DNA from: Bryobacterales bacterium
GTDB lineage: Bacteria > Acidobacteriota > Terriglobia > Bryobacterales > Bryobacteraceae
Direction of reading: 5' to 3'
NCBI GenBank assembly: GCA_003169195.1
Contig: PMQB01000436.1
Span: forward strand, 1 to 55,238
Length of the DNA: 55,238 nt
The notes under the pieces are model-generated. The model worked only from the letters and a program-made list of their open reading frames with translations, had not been told where the DNA came from and made no database searches. Numbering within the stretch: position 1 is the stretch's first letter; the number at the start of each line of letters is the position of its first letter. Made by a program: the position numbers and the translations under genes. This document shows positions 44,210 to 52,227 of this stretch, piece after piece.

Positions 44210-44998
44210 TTAGTGCGCAACCGGCACGTAGGCAAAGTCCCAAACCAGCAGATCGATTTCGGAAGGGTCATCGCCGTTGCCAAATTGGACGATTGCATAT
44301 TCACCGGCATCGAGCGGTTTTTCAGGCCAAACTTTGAACAATCCGCCACCCATGTCCTGTTGAAACACTGGAATCTCTTTGCGTGTTTCCGAGGCTTGAT
44401 TTACGATCGGCGCGATGGAGAGGCTTTCGACAATGCGCGTTTCTTTCTTTGTCGGCGTGACCTTGACAATTGTGAAGCGTTCCTCTTTGTCGCGGCGGAA
44501 ATAGAATTCCGGACGTTCGTCTCCCACGGTAAACTTTGAGCGATCGCCTTTGATGATCACAACAGCTTTGCCGGGAACGAGCGGAACCGGTGACAGAAGT
44601 TTGAGCGCCTGCCGCTTCTTGTTGGTGATGACCTGGTAATCGGCGAGCAACAATTTGTCGACTGTCTTGCCGCGCATGAAATACGCGCCGGGGTCCATGG
44701 GAATAGACGCCAGCTCTTTTTTCAACTCGCGTTCAGCCTTTTCTTCTTCATCTTCGGCGCGCGCTACCTGGGCTTCGGCGGCGGTTTTGGCTTTCCGTTC
44801 GGCTTCCGTTTTTTCGAGATCAACAAGTTCCACGGGAATTTCTTCCCACTCACCGCGCTCGGTACTGAAGTACGAGATGCGGTCGCCGTCGCGTTTGTAT
44901 TCGCGCGTCATGTGGAAGCCGCCGTCTTTTAAATAGAGCTTGAACGTCTCACCAAAAAGCAAGAAGGCGGACAGGAGGAGTAGCGTTAGAACTCTCAC
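44210..44998 (-). CDS. Secreted hypothetical protein (262 aa)
   Basis: Signal peptide MRVLTLLLLSAFLLFG and a central charged coiled segment. It sits between the S53 peptidase and receptor genes on the same strand. Confidence 0.7.
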   Translation of the reverse strand: MRVLTLLLLSAFLLFGETFKLYLKDGGFHMTREYKRDGDRISYFSTERGEWEEIPVELVDLEKTEAERKAKTAAEAQVARAEDEEEKAERELKKELASIPMDPGAYFMRGKTVDKLLLADYQVITNKKRQALKLLSPVPLVPGKAVVIIKGDRSKFTVGDERPEFYFRRDKEERFTIVKVTPTKKETRIVESLSIAPIVNQASETRKEIPVFQQDMGGGLFKVWPEKPLDAGEYAIVQFGNGDDPSEIDLLVWDFAYVPVAH

Positions 44999-45033
44999 TG
45001 TCCGCCATTTTAGCGGTTTACAAGCGAGATGGT

Positions 45034-48000
45034 TTACTGGATCACCAAGGTCAGCGGAGTGGTGCCGACCGTGCCGCCTGCCGATGTTCGAAGGTTAATC
45101 GTGAAGCTCCCGGTGGTGGAGCCCGCCGTTACAGCTAGCGTTAGCTTCGTAAAGCCTGAACCGGTAACGGCGTTGGGCGCAAACGTAGTGCTCACTCCGT
45201 TTGGCAGGGTTCCCGGAGTAAAGATTACCGAACCAGCGAAGTTGGTGGCGGTATCGGTAACGGTGATGGTTGCCGACGCGCCGCGCTTGATGGTGATGGT
45301 GGAAACGCTCAAGGCAGTTTGCACTGAACCAACGCTGATCTGAATGGTGGCGGTTTGACTGGGAAGCGCAGTAGTGATGAGCGGTGAAGTTCCCTTGAGT
45401 GTGACGGTGTATGTGCCGGGCGCCACGGCCGCGGTCGTCATGATGTTCATCGTCGCGGTGCCAGTGACGCCGCTAATTGTGTTCGATGAAAAAGAGACGG
45501 TAAAGCCGGCGGGCAATGTTCCCGGTGCCAGCGTTACCGGTGAATTAAAGCTATTTTGTCCCACTATGCTGGCGGTTGTACTGAACATCGCACCCGCGGT
45601 GATGGCGAGCGAAGTTACGTCCGTTTTGAGAGTGAAACCGGGTACGCCTAAGACGGTAAGCAAGATGTTTACCGTTTGGGTAATGGTGCCGCCCGTAGCG
45701 GTGACACTGATCAGGTGCTGGCCGGGTGTGACTGTGCTGGGAGCGGTGATGCTGAGTGTACTGGTTCCTGATCCGGGTGCTGCAAGAGAAGGAGCACTGA
45801 AGGCGGAAGTGACGCCCGTGGGCAATCCGCTGACCGAGAACGATACCGGTGCACTAAAGTTGCCCGTTAAGTTACCTATCGTGAGCAAGACGGTACCAGC
45901 GGATTGAGAGGCCTGCGCGGTTAACGCATTCGCGCTGGCCGTCATCGTAAAGGCCGGCGCGGCTGTTACGGTCACCACGAGAGCAACACTCTTGACCAGA
46001 CCGCCGCCAGATCCAATAACGTTTACCGTGTACTTGCCAGGCGGAGTGCTGAGTGCCGGCGTTAGGGTGAGCGTGCTGGTGCCCGCACCGGGCGCTGCGA
46101 AAGACGAAGTCGTAAAGGAGCCGGTCATACCGGTGGGAAGACCGCTCAAAGAAAGCGAAGTGGGGTAGCTAAAAGTGCCGACGTCAGTCACGGTCGTGAC
46201 CAGGGTTGCGTTAGACGCCTGAACGGCTGATAAAGAAGAGCCAGCCAACGTAACGGCAAAGCTTGGTGGAACGGCCAGTATGAGCGGAACATCGATAGTT
46301 TGGCTGAACGTCCCTCCGCTGGCGGTGACCGCTAACGAGTAGCTGCCCGCAGTGGCAGTGGCCGCGGTTGTGACCGTCAACGTGGCGGTGGCAGTTCCGG
46401 GCACGAGAGTGGCTGGCGAAAAGGCGGTGGTGACGCCGGCGGGTTGACCGCTGACCGAAAGGGCGACTGTCTTGGCAAGGTTGCCTTGCGGTGCGGTACA
46501 AGAGAGCCGAAGGTTAGTGGCTTGCCCCAAGGTGAGCGAAAGTGTGGCTGGAGTTGCTGTTAACGTGCATTTTGGAACGATGGCGGTGACAGTCAAGGGA
46601 ACGGTTGCCGTTTGCGTGATCCCTCCGCCGCTGGCAGTGACAATCACGGCATAGCTGCCGGCGACTGCCACATTCGACGCCGCCAACTGCAGGGAACTGG
46701 TGCCCGATCCCGGGGAACTGAAAGTAGCTTGGCTGAATGTCGCGGCGATGCCAGCCGGCACGCCGCTTACGCTCAACGACACCGGCCAATTGAAACCATT
46801 GCTGAGGGCGACTACGTTGCTGATGGTTACATTCTGGCCGGCTTGGACGCTGACAGATGTTGGTGCGGCAGTGAGCGTAAAGGTTCCGTTCACCGACACG
46901 TCGCCCCAGTGATTCACCAGTTGCAAGCCATCAATCGAACCGAGTCCCGACGCCAAGTCATATCCGACGCCCGCCGCATAACCTGAAACTCCAGGAACAG
47001 TATTGTTGCCGGAAGTGATATCGTGAAACACCACTGCCCCGCCCTGTGACTGCTTGATCGCCAAGCCGTAAAAAACGGGGTTGAGGTTGCCGTGGCTGCT
47101 GTTGTATTTCTGATTAATGATGCTGAAGAAACTGGCCAACGATGGGGAGGAGGCAGAGGTGCCACCCACCACATTTAGAGCGCCGTTGTAGAAGATCAGA
47201 TAACCGTCGTGTCCAGCGGCCGATGCGGAAATGTCAGGCACGTCACGGTGACCGTCTGCCGGTACACCGTTACCGCTTTGCCAAATCGGTTTGGTCCATT
47301 GAATACTGGCGCCGCCCCCTCCGGCAGCCAAGCCAGAACCACCGTTGGTGCCACTCTCATTCCAGATCGTTTCGGGAATATAGCTTTGCGCTGTGCCAAG
47401 AACGGAGTTGTTGCCGCCTAACCAGTACAAACCGGCGTTGCTGCCCTCTTTAAATTCGGTGCCACCCACACAAGTGGCGTATGGCGAACTGCACATGCCG
47501 TTGATGGCGCGCTGCGAACCTGTGCTGGCGCCGGAACTGTCGCAACCGGCCGCGCCGCTATCGCCAGCGGAAACAAAAACGGACATACCCTGGGCCACAG
47601 CTTGTTGCCATAGTGTGTTGTAAAACGCTAGTTCTGTACCACCGCTGGGGCTGCCAGAAGCGCCCATGTCGACTTCGCACGAACCAAAGCTGACACTGAG
47701 AATAGGCGCGACATTGTGATTGACCGCATACATAGCCGCCAAGTCGACACCGTCTGCGGTGGCGGTGCTTTCAGAAATAACAAATTTCACTTGCGCCCCC
47801 GGGGCAATCGCACCGGCCCATTCCACATCCAAGGTTGCCTCTGTGGCGTCGCCATTGTTGGTGAAGCCGGGATCAGCACCCTGCGCCACGATGATGGTGG
47901 GATTGTTGACGGGCAAACCGAATTGCGAACGGAAGGATTGGATGTCGCTCATCTTTACGTTCGATCGACCGACGACCGCGATGCTTTGGCCAGTACCCGT

Positions 48001-48798
48001 AAGGTTAGACGCATAAAGCGGGCGAACGTCGTAGATCATAGCCCAGTCGGCGGGGGCTAGATAATGCGTGGTAGGGCTTGCGGTGTAAAGCGGCTTCGAT
48101 AAATCGCCGACAGGCCGCAAGCCCTGGGAAAAGGAACGAGTATGAAAATCGTGGAGTTTGACCACGCCTTTCACAACGTCCGCGAGCGCCGCCGGTATTT
48201 GCGGGTCGCTCGAATTGGCGTGATGCATTTGACCATTTACGCTATATTGTTTGACCTCCGTTTTGAACGCGTCCTGCACAGCATAAGCGTCACCGCTAAA
48301 AACGATGGATAGATGATTAGCTGTTACCTCCTCCACCTGGAAGCCATGTTGGCGAAGCCACCCGGTGATCCTGTCGATGTCATTCTGCGAAACGCCGAAG
48401 CGCGCCGCATACTGCTCCGGAGTCAGGAACTTGTGGAATTGAGAAGACTGCGGATCATGCTGCTGCGCTACCAGTTGATCAAGCGCCGCTTGCTGCGCCG
48501 GTTCCGGCTGCAGCAGAAGGATCATATGCTCCATCGGGAAGCTCCCATCCACCGCGGCTTCACTCACGGCGCGAGCCAGTGCAGGGTGCACATTGCCTGG
48601 CAAACGAACCATGTCGCTCTCGGTGATATCTCCCCGTAATCGATCGCGCGGTTGGATTGTGCTTTGAGACCAGCCTAAAACCCCGGCCATTAGCACCGCA
48701 ATCGCTACACTCCGCGAAATCATCCGCACGTTGTCTTGCCTCTTCCTTCCCAATGAACCGTTTCCTGTTCTGGTTATGCTCATCGGCGAGAGGCGCAC
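45034..48798 (-). CDS. S53 (sedolisin/kumamolisin-type) serine peptidase with six C-terminal Ig-like repeats
   Basis: The pro-kumamolisin activation domain reads FHKFLTPEQYAARFGVSQNDIDRITGWLRQHGFQVEEV. Catalytic region ATLDVEWAG ... GGTSASSP. The start is more likely the ATG at 48783 or 48723 (MISRSVAIAVLMAGVLG) than the GTG at 48798. Confidence 0.9.
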   Translation of the reverse strand: MRLSPMSITRTGNGSLGRKRQDNVRMISRSVAIAVLMAGVLGWSQSTIQPRDRLRGDITESDMVRLPGNVHPALARAVSEAAVDGSFPMEHMILLLQPEPAQQAALDQLVAQQHDPQSSQFHKFLTPEQYAARFGVSQNDIDRITGWLRQHGFQVEEVTANHLSIVFSGDAYAVQDAFKTEVKQYSVNGQMHHANSSDPQIPAALADVVKGVVKLHDFHTRSFSQGLRPVGDLSKPLYTASPTTHYLAPADWAMIYDVRPLYASNLTGTGQSIAVVGRSNVKMSDIQSFRSQFGLPVNNPTIIVAQGADPGFTNNGDATEATLDVEWAGAIAPGAQVKFVISESTATADGVDLAAMYAVNHNVAPILSVSFGSCEVDMGASGSPSGGTELAFYNTLWQQAVAQGMSVFVSAGDSGAAGCDSSGASTGSQRAINGMCSSPYATCVGGTEFKEGSNAGLYWLGGNNSVLGTAQSYIPETIWNESGTNGGSGLAAGGGGASIQWTKPIWQSGNGVPADGHRDVPDISASAAGHDGYLIFYNGALNVVGGTSASSPSLASFFSIINQKYNSSHGNLNPVFYGLAIKQSQGGAVVFHDITSGNNTVPGVSGYAAGVGYDLASGLGSIDGLQLVNHWGDVSVNGTFTLTAAPTSVSVQAGQNVTISNVVALSNGFNWPVSLSVSGVPAGIAATFSQATFSSPGSGTSSLQLAASNVAVAGSYAVIVTASGGGITQTATVPLTVTAIVPKCTLTATPATLSLTLGQATNLRLSCTAPQGNLAKTVALSVSGQPAGVTTAFSPATLVPGTATATLTVTTAATATAGSYSLAVTASGGTFSQTIDVPLILAVPPSFAVTLAGSSLSAVQASNATLVTTVTDVGTFSYPTSLSLSGLPTGMTGSFTTSSFAAPGAGTSTLTLTPALSTPPGKYTVNVIGSGGGLVKSVALVVTVTAAPAFTMTASANALTAQASQSAGTVLLTIGNLTGNFSAPVSFSVSGLPTGVTSAFSAPSLAAPGSGTSTLSITAPSTVTPGQHLISVTATGGTITQTVNILLTVLGVPGFTLKTDVTSLAITAGAMFSTTASIVGQNSFNSPVTLAPGTLPAGFTVSFSSNTISGVTGTATMNIMTTAAVAPGTYTVTLKGTSPLITTALPSQTATIQISVGSVQTALSVSTITIKRGASATITVTDTATNFAGSVIFTPGTLPNGVSTTFAPNAVTGSGFTKLTLAVTAGSTTGSFTINLRTSAGGTVGTTPLTLVIQ
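45037..46900 (-). repeat. Six divergent coding repeats of about 100 aa (Ig-like / bacterial surface-domain type)
   Basis: Recurring pattern ...V.LSVSG(L/V)P.G(V/I)T..FS...(pG.GTS.L.(L/I)t......G.Y...VTA.GG...Q...(V/I).LTV. Confidence 0.7.
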
Positions 48799-48803
48799 GA
48801 GTT

Positions 48804-48832
48804 AGAGAAAACACGCCCGTATTCCATACGGG
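48804..48832 (-). terminator. Possible terminator after the hydrogenase cluster
   Basis: On the minus strand: cccgta-tggaa-tacggg followed by cgtgttttctct. The stem is only 6 bp. Confidence 0.35.
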
Positions 48833-48879
48833 GTGGTTCGTACCAAGGGCGAGAAAAGTGTGGGAGGCGTGATGCGCTA

Positions 48880-48987
48880 TTACATGCTGCTGATGCGTAT
48901 ATATCGCTTAATATCGGGGAGAGCAGAAACAACAGCGGCGATCGCCAGCACGAGGGCGATACCGCCGATTACATTTTTCATTTTCAT
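48880..48987 (-). CDS. 35-aa single-TM micro-protein, last gene of the hydrogenase cluster
   Basis: Hand translation gives MKMKNVIGGIALVLAIAAVVSALPDIKRYIRISSM-TAA. Its ATG overlaps the protease stop as ATGA. It falls below the ORF-track length cutoff. The PD(I/L)xRY(L/I)(R/K)I motif matches my memory of small proteins next to actinobacterial hydrogenase maturation genes. Confidence 0.6.
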   Translation of the reverse strand: MKMKNVIGGIALVLAIAAVVSALPDIKRYIRISSM

Positions 48988-49472
48988 ACGGGTACCTGTA
49001 CCTTTAATCCTTCCTTTGCAATCAGTGTTTGGACAATGTCTGCGGCTCGTTCAACGGCCGCGGCGACGGCGGGACTCAATCCCATCAGGCCTTGATCTCC
49101 CCCTAGTTCCGCTGGTTCACAAGCAACTAAGAGGATGCGGCCCAGTTTTCCACCGAGGGATTTCACGGCGCGCAAAACTTGCACGGGGTCCATGGCGTGT
49201 GCTTCCAATGGATAGGCGCTCAGATCTTCCAGATCCGGTTCGATGGTATAGAGCGTGCCGGGCGTCGCACCGCGCATGGCAGTGTCGACAAGAATGGTCA
49301 GTTCGGGTGCATCGAGCAAAGCGAAAGTGAGATCGAGACCGCGGATTCCGAAATCGACGAGGCGGATATCGTCGGACGGGGGTAGGCGCTTAGTAAGAGA
49401 TCTGGCGACTTCGCAACCAAATGCATCGTCTCCTTGGAATATATTGCCAATGCAGGCGACGAGAATTTTCAT
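48984..49472 (-). CDS. hupD: [NiFe]-hydrogenase maturation endopeptidase
   Basis: MKILVACIGNIFQGDDAFGCEVARSL matches the GxGNxxxxDDxxG signature of HyaD/HycI-type proteases. ATGA overlap with the upstream ORF. Confidence 0.9.
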   Translation of the reverse strand: MKILVACIGNIFQGDDAFGCEVARSLTKRLPPSDDIRLVDFGIRGLDLTFALLDAPELTILVDTAMRGATPGTLYTIEPDLEDLSAYPLEAHAMDPVQVLRAVKSLGGKLGRILLVACEPAELGGDQGLMGLSPAVAAAVERAADIVQTLIAKEGLKVQVPV

Positions 49473-50488
49473 AGCAGTTCCACTTCGTCGGGGCCGAAAA
49501 AGAAGCGGTGGCCAATCTGACGGGCTTGGCCGAAGTCGCGGCCGGGGTCATCTTCCACAGTGACGGCAAGATGTACGTTGTTTTCGAAATCGCTTTCGAC
49601 TGATTCAACGATGGCGATTTTTCCGTCGAGAGCGATATCGAATATATCGGCTTTCTTGCGAGGATGTAAGCGCACCCTATCCCCCTCGCGAAAGTTTAGT
49701 TTGGAGGCGCTGCGCAGTCCCCGGATTGCACCGTGCAGTTTGGCGAGTGCTTGAGGTGGAAGAGACTCGGTGCGCTCCAGGATACGGCGGACGCGGTCAT
49801 CGCCGGAAGATAATTCCTTCTTTTCATCGTCGCTGAGTGTCAATACCCTGAGTGTCAGAATCTCGTCGATTTCGGTGCTGTCAAACAAATCGCCAGCGCT
49901 TTCAGGGGCGATTTGAGGATAGTCGTAGAGAATGATGGGCGATGACAACATGAGATGGCGGTCGCCTTCCCTGCCCGCCAGGACCGGCCAAGTGCCGATG
50001 TTGCGGCAAGCGGCGGTGGCAATTTTATATTCTTCAGGCGGATCCAGCAGTGAAAGAAATTGTCCTCGCTCAATGCCTAAGAGTGTGTGCACTGATAACA
50101 TCGAGCGGTCTTCGAGGTCCTCGCTGAGATTTCCGATGCGTATGGTGAGACGAAAAACGGAATCACTCACGGCGACGGATGAAACCGATAATTCTCCTTT
50201 GATTGGAGGAAATGCAAAGAGGCGGCTTTCCATCAGGGAGCCGGGGCGGAAACCGGAAACCTTTACTTCGCGTTCGATTTCCTGTTGCAGAAAACGAATT
50301 CTCACTTCGATGCTGGTCTGATTATCTCCTTCTAAGAGACATTCGGTCTGCATTGAACCCGCCGGCGCAATCGTTCCGAAGTGCCAGCGTTTCTGATTTT
50401 TCACCGACGATTTACGATACGGATATAAAAAGAAGCCTTCGTAGAGAACGGCGTTGGCGATTTTTTCGAGCGGTTCAAAATTCAGCAC
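49469..50488 (-). CDS. Conserved hypothetical hydrogenase-cluster ORF (339 aa from GTG)
   Basis: GGAGG lies 4 nt before the GTG at 50488 (VLNFEPLEKIANAVLYEGFFLYPYR...). The GTGCTGA overlap with the upstream stop argues against the longer 50536 start. Confidence 0.8.
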   Translation of the reverse strand: MLNFEPLEKIANAVLYEGFFLYPYRKSSVKNQKRWHFGTIAPAGSMQTECLLEGDNQTSIEVRIRFLQQEIEREVKVSGFRPGSLMESRLFAFPPIKGELSVSSVAVSDSVFRLTIRIGNLSEDLEDRSMLSVHTLLGIERGQFLSLLDPPEEYKIATAACRNIGTWPVLAGREGDRHLMLSSPIILYDYPQIAPESAGDLFDSTEIDEILTLRVLTLSDDEKKELSSGDDRVRRILERTESLPPQALAKLHGAIRGLRSASKLNFREGDRVRLHPRKKADIFDIALDGKIAIVESVESDFENNVHLAVTVEDDPGRDFGQARQIGHRFFFGPDEVELL

Positions 50489-51144
50489 GGCGCCTCCACT
50501 TGTGTTTGCAAGAGAAGTTCGAGGGCTTCTTCCCAAGTTGCCAAGCCCTGCGTCCGCTTGTACTCATAGAGACGTTCGAAAGTGTCACGACGTAACCGCA
50601 GCCAAGCGCTATTTGGATAATAATGATCCATCATTTCGCGCCAGACTCTGGCAGGGAGTGGGAAACGCGCCTCTTTGTCCCAACCGATCTGTTCGATTTG
50701 CAGTGCACCTTCCGGCGAGCGGTAAAAAATGGTTCCGCTGAATTGAAAGCAAAGGGGGATGTCGCCGTTCTGAATAGCGTAGAAATATTTGGCGGCGCCG
50801 ACGTTGAAATCGAAGGTGCAAGGCACGGGCAAATCAACGGTTGTGGACTCGGTAAACGATTGAACATTGACGGAGGCGTGCGTCCAAAGCAGGGATTGCA
50901 GGGTTTTGCTCCAACGATCGGGTTCGCCAAACAAATCACGCAAACTTTCTTGCTCTTCGGAGGCGTAACGGCGGCGAGACGCTTCGAGCATGATTTGAGC
51001 GCGGAGAGTGATGCTCTGAATGTTTTTTGATGGATCGGAGTTTACGATTTGCAGGCTGAAGGCGATGGTGGGAACGGCCGCAAAAGGAACTGCTTGCGCG
51101 CTTTCGATGGTGAATGTCAGGCCATGGCGCTTTAAATCAGGCAT
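50482..51144 (-). CDS. Conserved hypothetical hydrogenase-cluster ORF (220 aa)
   Basis: Unbroken ORF with a 13-nt overlap with the upstream gene. Its position matches the unnamed accessory ORFs of group 1h/5 clusters. Confidence 0.8.
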   Translation of the reverse strand: MPDLKRHGLTFTIESAQAVPFAAVPTIAFSLQIVNSDPSKNIQSITLRAQIMLEASRRRYASEEQESLRDLFGEPDRWSKTLQSLLWTHASVNVQSFTESTTVDLPVPCTFDFNVGAAKYFYAIQNGDIPLCFQFSGTIFYRSPEGALQIEQIGWDKEARFPLPARVWREMMDHYYPNSAWLRLRRDTFERLYEYKRTQGLATWEEALELLLQTQVEAPC

Positions 51145-51719
51145 GGATTGCCTTTCCGCCTCAGTTCGTCAAAGAAGCGTGCGATTTCACCCCAGACGAG
51201 TGCGCCACCGGATAAACCGCGCCAATAGACGCGGATCAAGCCTACGAGTTTGTAACATTCGTCGATCGGGGTGATGAAGTACTCGCGCGAGGCACCTACC
51301 CTATTCACCAGCAGAGCCTCTACATCGGGTTTAAGAAAACGGAGTTCCGGGTTGTTGGCCACTAGATTTGGCCATGAGTCGAGTGGTAACAAAGATTCGG
51401 CAGCACCGGCTGCCCCTGGATAGAGAGCGACCATCTTTTGCAGCGGAGTGCTGAAGGTGAAGAAGGCGAGGGAAATGGGAATCATGAGGTCGTCCCATTG
51501 CGAGTCAGTGATTGTGAAGTTGGGGAGGGGCTGAACAATGGTGGGAATGGGAAGGTACCGAGTGGCACAGGAAACGCAAGCGCAGCGGATGCGGCGAGAG
51601 GAAGGCTCGTAGGTGTGAGCGTGGTCGCGGCCAAGGCCAGCACCGCAGGTATCGCAACGCTCTTCCGGTTCGCGCGGGCGAACGAAGCTGCGCAGCGAAG
51701 CTATGGCCGCTTCAGGCAT
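51132..51719 (-). CDS. Conserved hypothetical hydrogenase-cluster ORF with a Cys-rich N-terminus (195 aa)
   Basis: MPEAAIASLRSFVRPREPEERCDTCGAGL...RIRCACVSCATRY has two CxxC pairs. The ATG at 51719 gives an 8-nt overlap with the upstream stop. The ORF-track start at 51857 would overlap by 146 nt. Confidence 0.8.
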   Translation of the reverse strand: MPEAAIASLRSFVRPREPEERCDTCGAGLGRDHAHTYEPSSRRIRCACVSCATRYLPIPTIVQPLPNFTITDSQWDDLMIPISLAFFTFSTPLQKMVALYPGAAGAAESLLPLDSWPNLVANNPELRFLKPDVEALLVNRVGASREYFITPIDECYKLVGLIRVYWRGLSGGALVWGEIARFFDELRRKGNPCLI

Positions 51720-52227
51720 GTTCCTCCGCTGGCGCAACAATGCAGCCGAGCGCGGCGAGGGGAACGAAATTATTGGGGACAGCGACGGCGTCGTCTTCGA
51801 TGATGATTTCAACGGCGTCTGGCGCTTCCTCGCGGAGGGCGGCTTCGACGGATTCACGCACCCCGCGGGAGGTGGTGTTCAGACGGAGGTGAACGCTGCC
51901 GTCGAAAACGCTGACAATGTCGGCAGCACCATGGACTTTACCCAAGGCTCGGCGTACGCGGGTCTCCAAATCGTCTGGATGCAGATCATGCAGGATGAGA
52001 AGGCTGGAGATCAAAGGGTCGGCGGCGAACTGGCGAATGGAAGCTTTGCCGGGATCGCCGGAATCGAACAAAGTCTCGAGCATTCGGTGGATGCCGGCGC
52101 CGTGAAGCGCCAGGACAGCTTCGATCAAAGAGCGCGCGGTGTTGCGGCTCTCCGGGTCTGGGAGATCGTTCAGACGCGCTACCAAGTCGGAGATTTGGGC
52201 AACACTCGGTTCATTTGCTGTCGGCAT
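51712..52227 (-). CDS. NifU-C-terminal-like hydrogenase accessory ORF lacking the CxxC pair
   Basis: ...ARSLIEAVLALHGAGIHRMLETL...DPLISSLLILHDLHPDDLETRVRRALGKV...GSVHLRLNTTSRGVRESV. The layout matches NifU-family ORFs that follow group 1h large subunits. It has a 17-nt overlap with hhyL. Confidence 0.7.
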   Translation of the reverse strand: MPTANEPSVAQISDLVARLNDLPDPESRNTARSLIEAVLALHGAGIHRMLETLFDSGDPGKASIRQFAADPLISSLLILHDLHPDDLETRVRRALGKVHGAADIVSVFDGSVHLRLNTTSRGVRESVEAALREEAPDAVEIIIEDDAVAVPNNFVPLAALGCIVAPAEEHA

